Shown here: positions 26,701 to 38,001 of the stretch, one piece after another
Numbering within the stretch: the stretch's first letter is position 1
How the letters are laid out: each line of letters starts with the position of its first letter
DNA from: Fimbriosthenelais zetlandica
Taxonomy: Eukaryota
Direction of reading: 5' to 3'
DNA length: 64,000 nt
Assembly (NCBI GenBank): GCA_977030845.1
Contig: OZ365118.1
Location: 3,906,001 to 3,970,000 of the forward strand
Translations under genes and position numbers: made by a program
Notes under the pieces: generated by a model
Database searches by the model: none
Told to the model about the DNA's origin: nothing
What the model saw: the letters and a program-made list of their open reading frames with translations, nothing else

Positions 26701-29189
26701 ATTTGGAGTAAAAATTGAGTCAATTCTTTCTATATTTGGTATGGAATATGGTACATTTTTTCACCCAGTATTATCAGTGCACAATAATCTATCATAGGGG
26801 GAGGATTAGCATGTCAGGCACTGATTATATCACTTTATACTGAACGCCTGCCTCTAAAGATGAGAAACAATAACACACACTCCTCTCAAATCAAAAGAAG
26901 GAGAGAAAAGATTGTGTTATCAGTAAGAGTCAAGATAACAGAACTGGAGGCTGGAAAAATAGATGAAAATAACTGGCGGATAATGTGGGTGCGGTGCATC
27001 ATTGTCTACATACACAGCTGACGTTTTGAGTGCGGCTCAGACATTGTTTTGTGTTTTATAGATTACGGGCATTAATTACCAGGCTGTGGTGGGGAAGTAT
27101 TATGCTGATTAGGAAATGTGGAGGGGGAATATGAGCGTGTCAATATATACCATACTAAAATGACAGTACAGAGGCTCAGCCTCAGGCCTGTCAACAATGA
27201 CAGAAAGGAACATAACATGAAATTAAACAGTAATTAAAAACCTATATTAAACACATAGGACTTAGCCAAACTTCCTGATGCCAGGTTGGAAATATTCTCT
27301 ACTACTTACAGATGAGTTTGGAGGCTGGTTGGGTGAGGTGGTGAGAAGTTTGGGTCGAAAAATTCGTTTCTAATCAGTCTGGAAAGATAATATATCGTAT
27401 GAAAAAATGAATGTGGATATTGCATGTTTTAATGTACATATAAAATCATAATTTGTGTTTCAATCTCTGATATTACTGGGGAAGGTTTTAGAAATGATTC
27501 CCAAATACTTGCTTCCTAAAAAGTGCCATTCTGTGATGGGATTTACTTATAAAACAGTGCAGTACGCGCCTCCCAACCTTTGACATAGGATGATTACAGG
27601 CAAGACAAATAGTCCACTCACGTGCCTAATCCTACCAGCCTTCATAAAAACACATGTAGAACAAATTACACGCTCAGATTTATCTTCATATCTTCACCTA
27701 TGTACAGTGAGTTGCAGTCTAGCCCGCAGCAATGGAAATCAGAGCTTTCTAAAATGAACACATGAATGTTACAAAGGTAACAATGTGTTGAGGGGAGGAG
27801 GGGACGTGGAGGGAATACCCCCTGCTGGGTAACATTCAGGTATGAATACTCGAGTGATCTCATTAAACAACATGTGTACATTTACCTACCGCGTAACACT
27901 TTCATTTCAGAAGGGTTTACTCACAATTTAAATCCAATAAACGCAATAAACATACTGAATGCAAAAACTCATACATATATACAGGGGATATGCATTGGCT
28001 TGATTTTGCAGGGACATAAAATAATGTACCGTTATAAAAAAAAACACATTTAAAACGAGTCAAACAAATGAATCCCGTGCGTCTGTTTCGAGATCCATTA
28101 AGAGGAAATAAGTGAAATTACAAAAAGCTTATAAAAAGTAGACGTACCTGGATAAATGATTTTTGAAGCAGGTATAAAAGGAGTGGTGAAGATAAGTGAG
28201 GTGGCTTCATATCGACCAGACCTAGGTGTGTACAATGTGGGAAGTCTTACCGAGTGTACAACACTATATATGATTCAGATTGATGTATCTTCATCAAATG
28301 CCATGATAATATCCAGTTAAAATATATATCACTACATTGTCGTTGGTAAAAAGTACAATAGAAGATTGTGTGAAGAAGAATTAGTGGAAATATTACATTA
28401 AATTCAATCTAAAAATAATTAAAATAAAAAAATATTAACTCACCTTTAAGGATCAGGGGATGGAAAACGATGAAGACAACCGGACGCAAAAATGACGCGC
28501 ACAAAGAATAGTACAATCGTGATAAGGCATAAAAAACAATGAATATTTAGTGATGGAAATAGAATGTGGGGATAAATGTTAAAGAAATTACTTAATATGT
28601 ACCTTCATACACAGGGGAATTTTTTGCAGAATCGCTTCTCTTCATGTGCTGAAATTAAAACATTATTTCAGTGATTAATGCGACAAAATATACACAAATA
28701 TATGCTACCAATTCAAGTATCGGAAACAAATATGAAATCATTCTTTTACACGCCTCTCACCACGGACCGTGGCTGGCTTTGATATCCCAGTTAGCAGCAC
28801 TGGGTGAAGAAGGATAATGTAATAAATATATGGGTAGTTAAACCAACATCTAAATAGGTATATTACATGTGACTGGAATATTATATAAAAGTTACATTTA
28901 AGGTAAAAGTTAACATCATATAAGAAGTGTGATAAAATAATAATAGCCTGAGAGAGTTTCAGAGCGCGCACTAGTGAATATCCCTAACTCTATACTATCA
29001 CTCCTACCCCCACTGGTTCTCAAGATTGACAGGTGACGGCGCCACTTGCGAAATAGACGGACAAACCACTATACCTCATATATAACGTTAATCCACCAGT
29101 CTCCTCCCCAAACACACGCCAAAACACAAACAACTTTGAATGACACTCAGAAGAAGGTCGTCCCGACCCCCCTCTCCCACAGCACCCGT

Positions 29190-29470
29190 CATACAAATCA
29201 GTAGACATAGAAATTAACAGATTTTGATGTCTACTAATTTTTATGTCTACTGATTTGGATGTCGACTAATTTGGATGTCAACTAATTTTAACGTATATAT
29301 ACAGAATTTAAAACTTTTAATAACAAGTGAATAAATTAGCTTAAGTGTCTGAGCAGTAGCCTAGAATAAACTCGAAAGCTTTCTTGGGTTGGGGAGGTTA
29401 TGCAGATGTCTACTAATTTATATGTCAACTAATTTTTATGTCGACTAATTTTTATGCCTACTAATTGGTA
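29190..29470. repeat. About 15-bp unit repeats (ATGTCTACTAATTTT-like) in two blocks, with one inverted copy
   Basis: Blocks at about 29227-29290 and 29405-29467. CAAATCAGTAGACAT (about 29194) is the reverse complement of ATGTCTACTGATTTG. Confidence 0.75.
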
Positions 29471-29592
29471 TTGTAAATTTTATTCTCCACTAAATAAAAA
29501 CGTTTTATACTGACACATGACACATGTTTGTCAAGTATGTTTATTTTCATATACTCCGGAGGGGATAGGCCCGGGGGGGGGGGGGGGGGGGG

Positions 29593-30028
29593 GGCTCTCG
29601 CCCAATAAATGCACGGGGGTGTGCCGCCCCATAACCAGAATGTAGACCGAGGTCTATACCACTTTCATACTTTGATGGGCAAAAAACCACCCCAACTCTA
29701 TACCAAACATACCTTTTTGCACCCCATTTAATTAAAAGTTAACGCTTAAATCTTTTAAATAAGGAATCAGCTTTATTATAATACAATGCTGAATTCAAAA
29801 TAACATTTTGTGGTGCAACAATATAAATATATAGCTACATTTGTAATAAAAAAAACACAGGGGAATAATTAACCACCCACCACTTTACGAGTAGTGAAAA
29901 AGTCGACCGATGTCTATACCTCAGTCGACTCGGATGGCTTTTGATAAGGGGTCAAGGCTATACCAAAAGGCTGAAAAGGCTACCCTAAAAGGCGGCACAC
30001 TCCTAGTGACCCTCATAGAGCGAGAGCC
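29593..30028. mobile_element. Non-autonomous DNA element/MITE with imperfect TIRs, preceded by poly-G
   Basis: GGCTCTCGC...GTGTGCCGC (29593-29627) is inverted relative to GCGGCACAC...GCGAGAGCC (29992-30028). Confidence 0.6.
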
Positions 30029-30055
30029 TATATTGAATTTGAAATGGGAAAATTT

Positions 30056-30136
30056 TGACATTGGTGGGATTCGAACCCATGTTTTTGTTGCACGCAAAAT
30101 GGCAGATCAACACCTTAATCACTCGACCACTCAATC
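30056..30136 (-). pseudogene. Degenerate tRNA-like sequence (long variable arm, Leu/Ser-like), copy 1
   Basis: A-box-like TGGTCGAGTGATTAAGG and B-box GGGTTCGAATCCC; stems poorly paired. Confidence 0.55.
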
Positions 30137-30222
30137 TGGAGTCATGCTGCTGTACAAGAAATTCTAGTACAAGAGAGAGGGACAGAGACTTTAGCACATT
30201 TGGAAAAGAAGTGAAAAACAAA

Positions 30223-30308
30223 GTGCAAGGTAGGAATCGAACCCATGTTAGGAGTAGGACCTACCCTCAAATTGGGAGTTCAACGTCTTAACCATTGCGC
30301 CATTGACT
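30223..30308 (-). pseudogene. Degenerate tRNA-like sequence, copy 2
   Basis: A-box TGGCGCAATGGTTAAG and B-box GGTTCGATTCC; shares a 21-nt upstream flank with copy 1. Confidence 0.55.
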
Positions 30309-30649
30309 GCCTTCTTGTCATGCTGGTGTACAAGAAACTAAAGAGGGTTTTGTTGAATTAATCCGAGGCATAGCATTGAAAACATACCATTTTATCAAAC
30401 CAGGGAGGGCCTGGTTGACACGAGGCTTAAGCCATAACAGGTAATGTGGCATGAGTTAGTGGAGAGAAATCAGAAAAAAACTCACCAATAAACTTATTGT
30501 AGAACGTTCTAGGCGATACCAAGTAGAATACCGCTTATATACTTCCTATTGAGTCATTCAGGATAGCTGTTAAGTCGTGTTAACTTTAGATACAGTCAAA
30601 AACTTAAGCCAGGTGAGCAGGACACGTTTTTAACTTTCCTTCGATCATC

Positions 30650-31030
30650 TGGAGATCCCAGTTTTGATGACGTCACAGGTTTTTGTGCTTGAATGCACAG
30701 AAGCATGCCTGTCATCCACGTGGTACCTGCGAGCGGCGTGGGGGCCACGAGATGGACTAGCCCTTGTTCAGTGCTGCCACCTTGTGTGTTGGGAGTGAAC
30801 TGAGCTCCGCTGTGCCTTTATTTTAGCCTGACATCCAAGCCTCACGGACTACGGGGGAGGGACGGATGCTCTGTCTACCTTTACTTCAGCGTGAAACCAC
30901 CAGGTGCCGCCTCTGAGTCTTGTCACCGCCATCAGCTGAGCGCCAAGCCGGTGCCGGGAGCTCGGAATTTTCAGAGGATGTTTGCAGATTTATGAAAGCA
31001 CCCACATGAGCCAAAGTTGAAATCCATAGG
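30650..31030. promoter_or_regulatory. CpG-rich promoter/enhancer-like island downstream of the GluR 3' end
   Basis: Full CRE palindrome TGACGTCA (30668-30675), E-box CACGTG (30717-30722) and high CpG density relative to the flanks. Confidence 0.5.
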
Positions 31031-31519
31031 TAGATTTACATGGGAAATTTACTACATGCAATAGAACGCAGGGGCGGATCTAGCTTTCAGCGAAGGGGAG
31101 ATCGATGGCTGGGACCGCCTTTGGATGGAGTTGTTTATAAAGGACAGTCGGAAGCTGGCACCTATAGACCACGTTTGGATGGACTTGTTTGTAAATCATC
31201 ATCACCCGTTCCACTTCCAATATGGCCGCCGTATAGGCCTAATCTTTTTGTGGAATTTCAAGCTCTGAAACTAAGCAATGCTATAATCATATCAAGCACA
31301 TTTAAGATTGTCATACTTTGTAGTGAATTTGGAACTAAAACTTCGGTTTTCTATGTAGGAAAGCTAAAATATAACAATAGAATAGAAGAATTCACGTTGC
31401 TATCCAGCCTGTGCTGCCATTTCAGTATATACCATCACATCTATAGCCACATATAGGCCTAGGCCTATAGGCCTAATAAAGACACAACAAAGTAAGTACT
31501 AGACAAAACCAGGTGATAC

Positions 31520-31525
31520 TTTATT
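31520..31525 (-). terminator. Candidate polyadenylation signal of the GluR gene (about 1.7 kb 3' UTR)
   Basis: AATAAA on the minus strand followed by a GU/U-rich stretch (ctggttttgtctagtacttactttgttgtgtc). Confidence 0.45.
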
Positions 31526-33211
31526 TACAAATCCAATATAAACAAAACTGAAATATTCGAAGAAGAAAATGGTGAGATTAAATTCCTGACAAGAATGTTC
31601 TTCTGAGCAAAAATCGACAATTTAAGATGAAAGTTACAGCGAAATTCTAAACATCATTTTCAATACTATTAGCCTTTCTCTTGAAATAATGCTAATTTCC
31701 ATTTCAGGTAATTTTCTTTTTTAGAAAAATTTGTCATTCGATATGTTGCTGCACATCTACAATGTCAATTCATACGTAGTAATTTATACGGGTTTTTGGC
31801 AATGGGAATAGGCCGAATACACCAGTATATTATCATAAGTACAGTACTAGAAAAAACAATTCAAGATGGCTACATCTTGCATCTGCCATATATATTCTAT
31901 ATGTAGTCTATATTTTAGCGTGAACCTATGGTAAATCGCAGATAGACTACATGTGAAGAGTTTTCAAACTCGTTATTTTTGTTTTCAGATTACTCAGAGC
32001 GTAGTGAGTCAGATTGGGTTGTGTATGCCGAGGGCCAGTAATCGTATAGTTGTCTGTAGATCAATAGTCACTGTACACACGGGAAGTCTAAATAACAGAT
32101 GAAACCCTACATGCAACTCTCACCTATTATACATAGATTGTAACTAGTCAGCTAACAATGTATCTAACATTGTTCTCATTAGTAGATAATGGGTTAAAAC
32201 CATATCTTCACAGCAGTTGCAAATTATTCTTCACAATATTAACCACATGTGGTGACGATAAAAAAGTGATACATTTTTTATAATAACAACAAAAGTCTTC
32301 AAACTTTTAGATATATGAAGAGATCTTATCAAGTCCCAAAATTCAATATTGAATCATTTTTGTACACATTTTCATATAATTTTCAAAAGGGCACCGATAT
32401 ATTTTCCATATAGGAAACACAGATAACCAACATTTGTCAATATAACAAACGATATCAATTCAGTTTTTCTTGTACATTACACATATTCATGGCGCCAGGT
32501 GTTCATTCTTTAAATCATCTCGCTTGCAAGTCTGGAAAGTCCTGAAATGATAAAATCTCGCGGATCAGATGGCAAACTCGGCCACGCACTTAATCAATAT
32601 AATCTAACGAGCCTTTTGATAGGAAGGTAAAGAACAGAGAAAAGATTCCCAAAAGGTAACCATACAAAGTAGTGTACAAGATGCATATAAAGATCTTAAT
32701 GGTGAATGCATATACTACATATAGGAAAAGATTCAACTACACTTCAAATCCTTATCCGATTTATATCCCACACCTGGTTCCTAAGATAGATAAATTAACT
32801 TATCATCCTTAACGGTGGACCAAATGATGGGAACAAATTTTCTCCCTAACTAGTGTAAAACCCTCTCGCCTCGGGAAGTAATACTTCATGAAGTAGTTGT
32901 AGTAGTTAGTAGTAGTAATAGTAGTAGTAAAGAGTAGTAAGTTACTACTGTAGAGTGGAACGTATTAACGGATGACTGGGTGTATGGGGGTTAGACAATG
33001 CGTATTAGGTACAGTACACTCTGACGGTATGTAGAGAAGGCCAGGAATGTGTATGGACAGTTACGTCACCCTCACATGACCAAGGAGAGATCACGTGAGT
33101 CTGACCCGTCACACGACACAATGTAGGAGAAGCTCGTCAAATTTGGCCATGGCATTTACTGATTTTCCAGTTCTGTTTGTTGGTCTGTCATTTCTTATCT
33201 GGCTTTCACGT

Positions 33212-33286
33212 TCAGACTTGTGTGTGCGTGTTGCCGTCGGCATATCCGTCCAAACTGATTAGCTGTGCTGCTGGTGCGTAGGTATA
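33212..33286 (-). CDS. GRIA-like: GluR exon 19 (C-terminus with PDZ ligand)
   Basis: tttatttcag| YTYAPAAQLISLDGYADGNTHTQV*. Ends in the class I PDZ-binding motif T-Q-V. Confidence 0.88.
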   Translation of the reverse strand, partial: YTYAPAAQLISLDGYADGNTHTQV

Positions 33287-34619
33287 CTGAAATAAAAACA
33301 TGCCTTAACTTAGCTGGGGCCAGCTGGAGGAGAGAGACTATTAGATTCAGATCCCACCAGAAAATCGAAGTCAGATGCAGAATGTTTCTTTAGGCTAGAT
33401 CGTGCAGGACTTGAGCAACAGTAGAAAGTGACAAAAGAGAGGTTTTCAGGAATTGGTTTGACAAAATTCAACCATTTTTACCCAACTCGATGTTACTGGG
33501 ATCCTTACAAAAATAGTCCATATGAAAGTACTAAGCACTGCACTGAATTTTCCAAGAAATACCCACATAAAAATTACTCAAAATGCTTCAATATAATAAC
33601 ATCAAAGACGTCACAGTAAAAGTCAAAATTCAATATTCAAAAACATGTAAAACAGATGTGCCTTCCTACATCGGTATTTTGTGCTGGAACAAAAATGAAA
33701 AAAAATCTGGGCGATCAATAAATGCGGATTAAACCGGCCAAAGTCAATGGGGTTACTTCATATACAAAGTGTGGAAAACAGGGTGGCACACAGACAAAAT
33801 GAGCCAAGACATGGGGTAAGCTTTAAAATTGACACATAAACAGGCAAAGTGATGCAAAATGCATTAATGCAGGCATTTCCATGCAAAAAATGTTCCACCA
33901 AGTGTTAGTCAATGCTCAAGATCCGGTATATAGTCAATGGTACATGGATACAACATAGAGGTGCAGGAGAGTAGAAGGTATCCGATTCTCTTTAGATATT
34001 TTAATTTGAAAATGAGATGTGTATCAATCCAGATTAATCTGGACATCACAAAAGTGTAGCAGAAGTAAAATCCTATGATCAAATTAAATTTTTCATGAGA
34101 AATTTTCATTGCATAAGCTGGTATGGGAATCTGTTTGGAGGGGTTAAAATTAGGCATCGGTAGTCAATTGCATAAGGGTATAAGACCATTTCTTTCTGTT
34201 CCGGAAATGAATTGGAATTTAAGCAAATTCTATACAACATCTATACTTCCATGATGTAAAAAGGGATGAAGAAGATGGGGATGAATCTCATTAAATGAGA
34301 TGTACTGTAGAGAGGGAGAGAGAGGGGACGAGATAGCGGGGAGGTATGTTTGGTGAGAGGAGGGGTGGTGTGGGGGACGGATCCAAGCCAGGTGCTATTT
34401 CAAGCAGGCTTGTTAACTTCTTACTTTAAAACCCTCAAAATCCTTCAAATACAAAATTTAATGTAAAAGTGAAATGGAGGAATTACAGAATTGCTTTTGT
34501 AATAAAATCTTGTTTAAAATGTGTCTGGGGGATGATAAAAATTTGTTATTTTTGGTATGATAACTGATCAAGCTTGCTTGTGTATTTGCCATCTGGCTTG
34601 TGATAAAGACTATATATAC

Positions 34620-34739
34620 CGTCGACATGGACATATTGGCGGCAAGGTCTGGGGATCCTACCGCGGGCGGTTGGCCAGTGTCCGGTTTGCCTTTGATGGA
34701 AAGCCGCGCCTTAGACTTGACCGCGTTGCTGAAAGACGT
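34620..34739 (-). CDS. GRIA-like: GluR exon 18 (cytoplasmic tail)
   Basis: ttattccag| TSFSNAVKSKARLSIKGKPDTGQPPA[VGSPDLAANMSMST]. Donors at GCG|GTAGGA (end 34662) or ACG|GTATAT (end 34620), both phase 0. Confidence 0.85.
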
Positions 34740-35872
34740 CTGGAATAAAATGAAATGTTGTCTCAAGAGGTGAGGAAGATAAGAGGTAGAGCCCTGGGTC
34801 CTTAAATATGTGGTGGGTGATGAGGGAGAACCACCAAATTAACAGTCATATAAATGCTGTTACTTGGTGGGTGTAGCCATTTAATCAGGGTAATAGACCA
34901 AAACTGGATTATGTGGATTATTGAGAACAATACTTATATTTGGGTTTGTTCTGTGTATAATTACCAATCCAGGTTGATGAGCTTGTCCCTTATTGAACTG
35001 AACATACATTTAATCAGGGCAATAGACCAAAAATGAATATATTATATGTGGATTTAAGTAGATTATATTTATGTCTTTGTTCATTGTATTCAGAACAAAT
35101 ATAGGTTCAGGAATTTGTTCTTTATTGAACCTCTGTCATCTGATGATGAATTATGTTCCGTGACTAGGTATAATATATTATTATAATTATAGAAAGTTCG
35201 TCAGTTAATACATGAATGTTGACTGCTGGGTTGTAACCTAATGAATGGGGAGCTGGTGTTGGGGGTTGGTGGTACGTGAATAGAGAACAGTAGTGCACTA
35301 TAGCGCTTATAGTGCACTGTGATGGCACTCAGTGATTCTTACTTTTACTTTGTGATCTGTGTCTTTACTGACTAGCCCAGGTCCACTGATGCGATTTGCC
35401 AATGAGTAATCCAATGCTGAAATCTTTACGTCACAAAACCCCTTTAAAAAAACCATGATCTATCCCCATCTAGTAACAATAATGTTTCAGAATAATTTAA
35501 TATGTCGCTTCAGTGAAACCTGGCCTTAATATTATCACACCTGGGAGAGCTATGCGGCAGGGCAAGGCAAGGCAACTGTATCCTTGGTTGAAAAATGATA
35601 CAAAATATAATTAAAAAAAACTTACTGTCCTCTTAGATGACAAATCAGTCAAAATATAATAAAAAAAGTACCGAAAATCATTCATTTGCCAAATTGAAAA
35701 GGGCAAACAAAGTATCAAAGAAAAGAAAAAAATGCTTATAAAAATGCTGTAAAAGGTAAATGGTTGTGAAAAACTTGATCACTTTGAGGAGCCACAGTTG
35801 CCTTGGTTTGATTTGAGCCGTGTAGGTGGGGAGGGGAGGAGGGAGGGTGGTAGGGCAGTATTAGGTACTTAC

Positions 35873-36010
35873 CTTGCGCCTCCTTGCTTCAACCTTAGAT
35901 TTATATAGGAACTCCATGACTGCCATGAGAAGTGCAAGCACAAGGCCGCCTACAAGAATGTAGAAGATGCCGGCCACATTGGTTAACTTAAGCGCGCTTG
36001 CTGCATCTTT
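35873..36010 (-). CDS. GRIA-like: GluR exon 17 (M4)
   Basis: ctcttacag| [46 protein letters not shown] |GTAAGT. 138 nt. Confidence 0.96.
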
Positions 36011-36174
36011 CTGTAAGAGCAAAACAGACAAAATCACATCAGGGGATGTAAAGGGCAGTGAATGTAAATGAAAAGGGCAGCGAATAGAGTAAAAAATGTA
36101 AAAAGAGTAGTAAGCAGATAAGAGTATGTTCTCTTGAGAAGTGCCAGTATTAGTATATAAAGTCTAGCACTTAC

Positions 36175-36295
36175 TCGGACCTTCTTTGAAGAACTTTCTT
36201 TCCCACATTCTCCTTTGTCATACCACCATTTTTTCTCAAGCTTTTGTAGTTCACCGTTTTCGCGCAGCTCAAGGACCGCCAGAGTAACTCGGTCT
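36175..36295 (-). CDS. GRIA-like: GluR exon 16 (flip/flop-equivalent; ends at 36181 or 36175)
   Basis: actcatcag| [38 protein letters not shown][VR]. Donors AAG|GTCCGA (115 nt exon) and CGA|GTAAGT (121 nt exon). Confidence 0.93.
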
Positions 36296-36513
36296 CTGAT
36301 GAGTTGAGAATATTCATGACATCGAAATGAGCATAAACTTGATAACCAATAACCAATTTAATAAAAAAATAAATCAACGTAAAGCTGCTATATAGGGAGT
36401 AGAGTACAACTTGATATTTTCATGAAAGTCAATTTGAAAGTTAACATTTTATGAGCTACACTGTCTTTGACAAGGTTAGAATATATTGATATCAAAGGAT
36501 GTTTTTACTTTTA

Positions 36514-36774
<261 letters not shown>

Positions 36775-36859
36775 CTATCATAAGTTTGTATCAGTCTAGG
36801 GAATGAATAATTAGGTGCCAAGATTTTGATGTCGGATTTAAGATTTGATGATTGCTCAC

Positions 36860-37029
36860 CTGCCGTTTGATTCCCGCACTTTTTTAACCCCTTCCTCGTT
36901 CGAAGCGACGAAGACGCTAGGTTCTGCCGAGCTCATGAAGGCCCACATCCGCTCATATACAGGGATGGTCGACCCCCTAAAAAATCCCATGGTCGATCCT
37001 CCCTCTAATGTGCCATACTTTATCTCGGT
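36860..37029 (-). CDS. GRIA-like: GluR exon 14 (S2)
   Basis: ttttcacag| [56 protein letters not shown](R) |GTGAGC. 170 nt, phase 0-2; GST ligand motif. Confidence 0.96.
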
Positions 37030-37370
37030 CTGTGAAAAATAAAATAACAATCAGTCACAAATACTGAAATCTTCTACTGGTACGACACTGTACTAACATC
37101 AGTAAATCACATGTGAACAGTCCAGATTAATAATGTAGTGAGGGCGAACTCCACTGGGGTTTTCAACCTTGCAAATACTGCAATTTGTGTTGCGGCTCGA
37201 CCTTGCAACTTCTCCAAGTCAGGGACTTCTCCCTTCTCATGCACTCAAGTAGAAATTGCAATGAAAAATTGGGGTTGACATAAGGCAATAGTCGCCAGTG
37301 TAGTTAGCCTATAGGAGGGCATTTAGAGTGAGTTTACCTGCCTATAGGAGTGCATTTAGAGTGCGTTTAC

Positions 37371-37515
37371 CTGTTTCGCTAAGTCGTCTGCTGATTCAAT
37401 AGGTGACTGCATTCTTTCTACTGTGAGAAAGGCAGCCAAGTTGGCTGTATAGGATGAGATGATGATCAAGGTGAAGAACCACCACACGCTTCCAACGACG
37501 CGTCCGGACATAGAT
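37371..37515 (-). CDS. GRIA-like: GluR exon 13 (M3, SYTANLAAF gate)
   Basis: tttctcag| [48 protein letters not shown] |GTAAAC. 145 nt, phase 2-0. Confidence 0.97.
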
Positions 37516-37861
37516 CTGAGAAATAATCATACAAAATTAACTCTACATATCATACAAAATCATACACATTAACTCTACAAATCATACAAAAACATACACA
37601 TTAACTCGACAAATAGAAATATCATCTAAAGTATAAATTATTATACATGCATGTGGGAGGTATAATGATAATCCATAACTATTTTAGTAATAATTAGTTA
37701 ATAATAATCTATTTGATTTTTCAGATGTTGCTTCAAGTGCCATCTATTACATCTTAGACTTCGGCTACAGACCACTTCTGGAATATTCCCAGGTAAGAAA
37801 TGATAATTTCATGATGGTAATTTCATGAGGTATTTTGAGGAGTAAGTTTAAGGGAACTAAC

Positions 37862-38001
37862 CTAGGTTCAATGTCACACCCCTGTTGCATAAATGCTCCC
37901 AGTGAGAACCACAGGGAGTTGAATATGGTGAAATTATTCGTTACAGTTGGACCGTCACTGTTGTCCTCTATGTGCCATTCAAATGGGCTGAATCGACTAA
38001 C
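37862..38001 (-). CDS. GRIA-like: GluR exon 12 (M2 pore loop, Q/R site)
   Basis: ctcttgtag| [46 protein letters not shown](R) |GTTAGT. 140 nt, phase 0-2. Confidence 0.97.

Noticed and set aside
33300-33450. Possible alternative terminal acceptors upstream of exon 19
   Set aside because: They lead to near-immediate stops (e.g. SCTI*) and use weak AG contexts; unsupported without transcripts.
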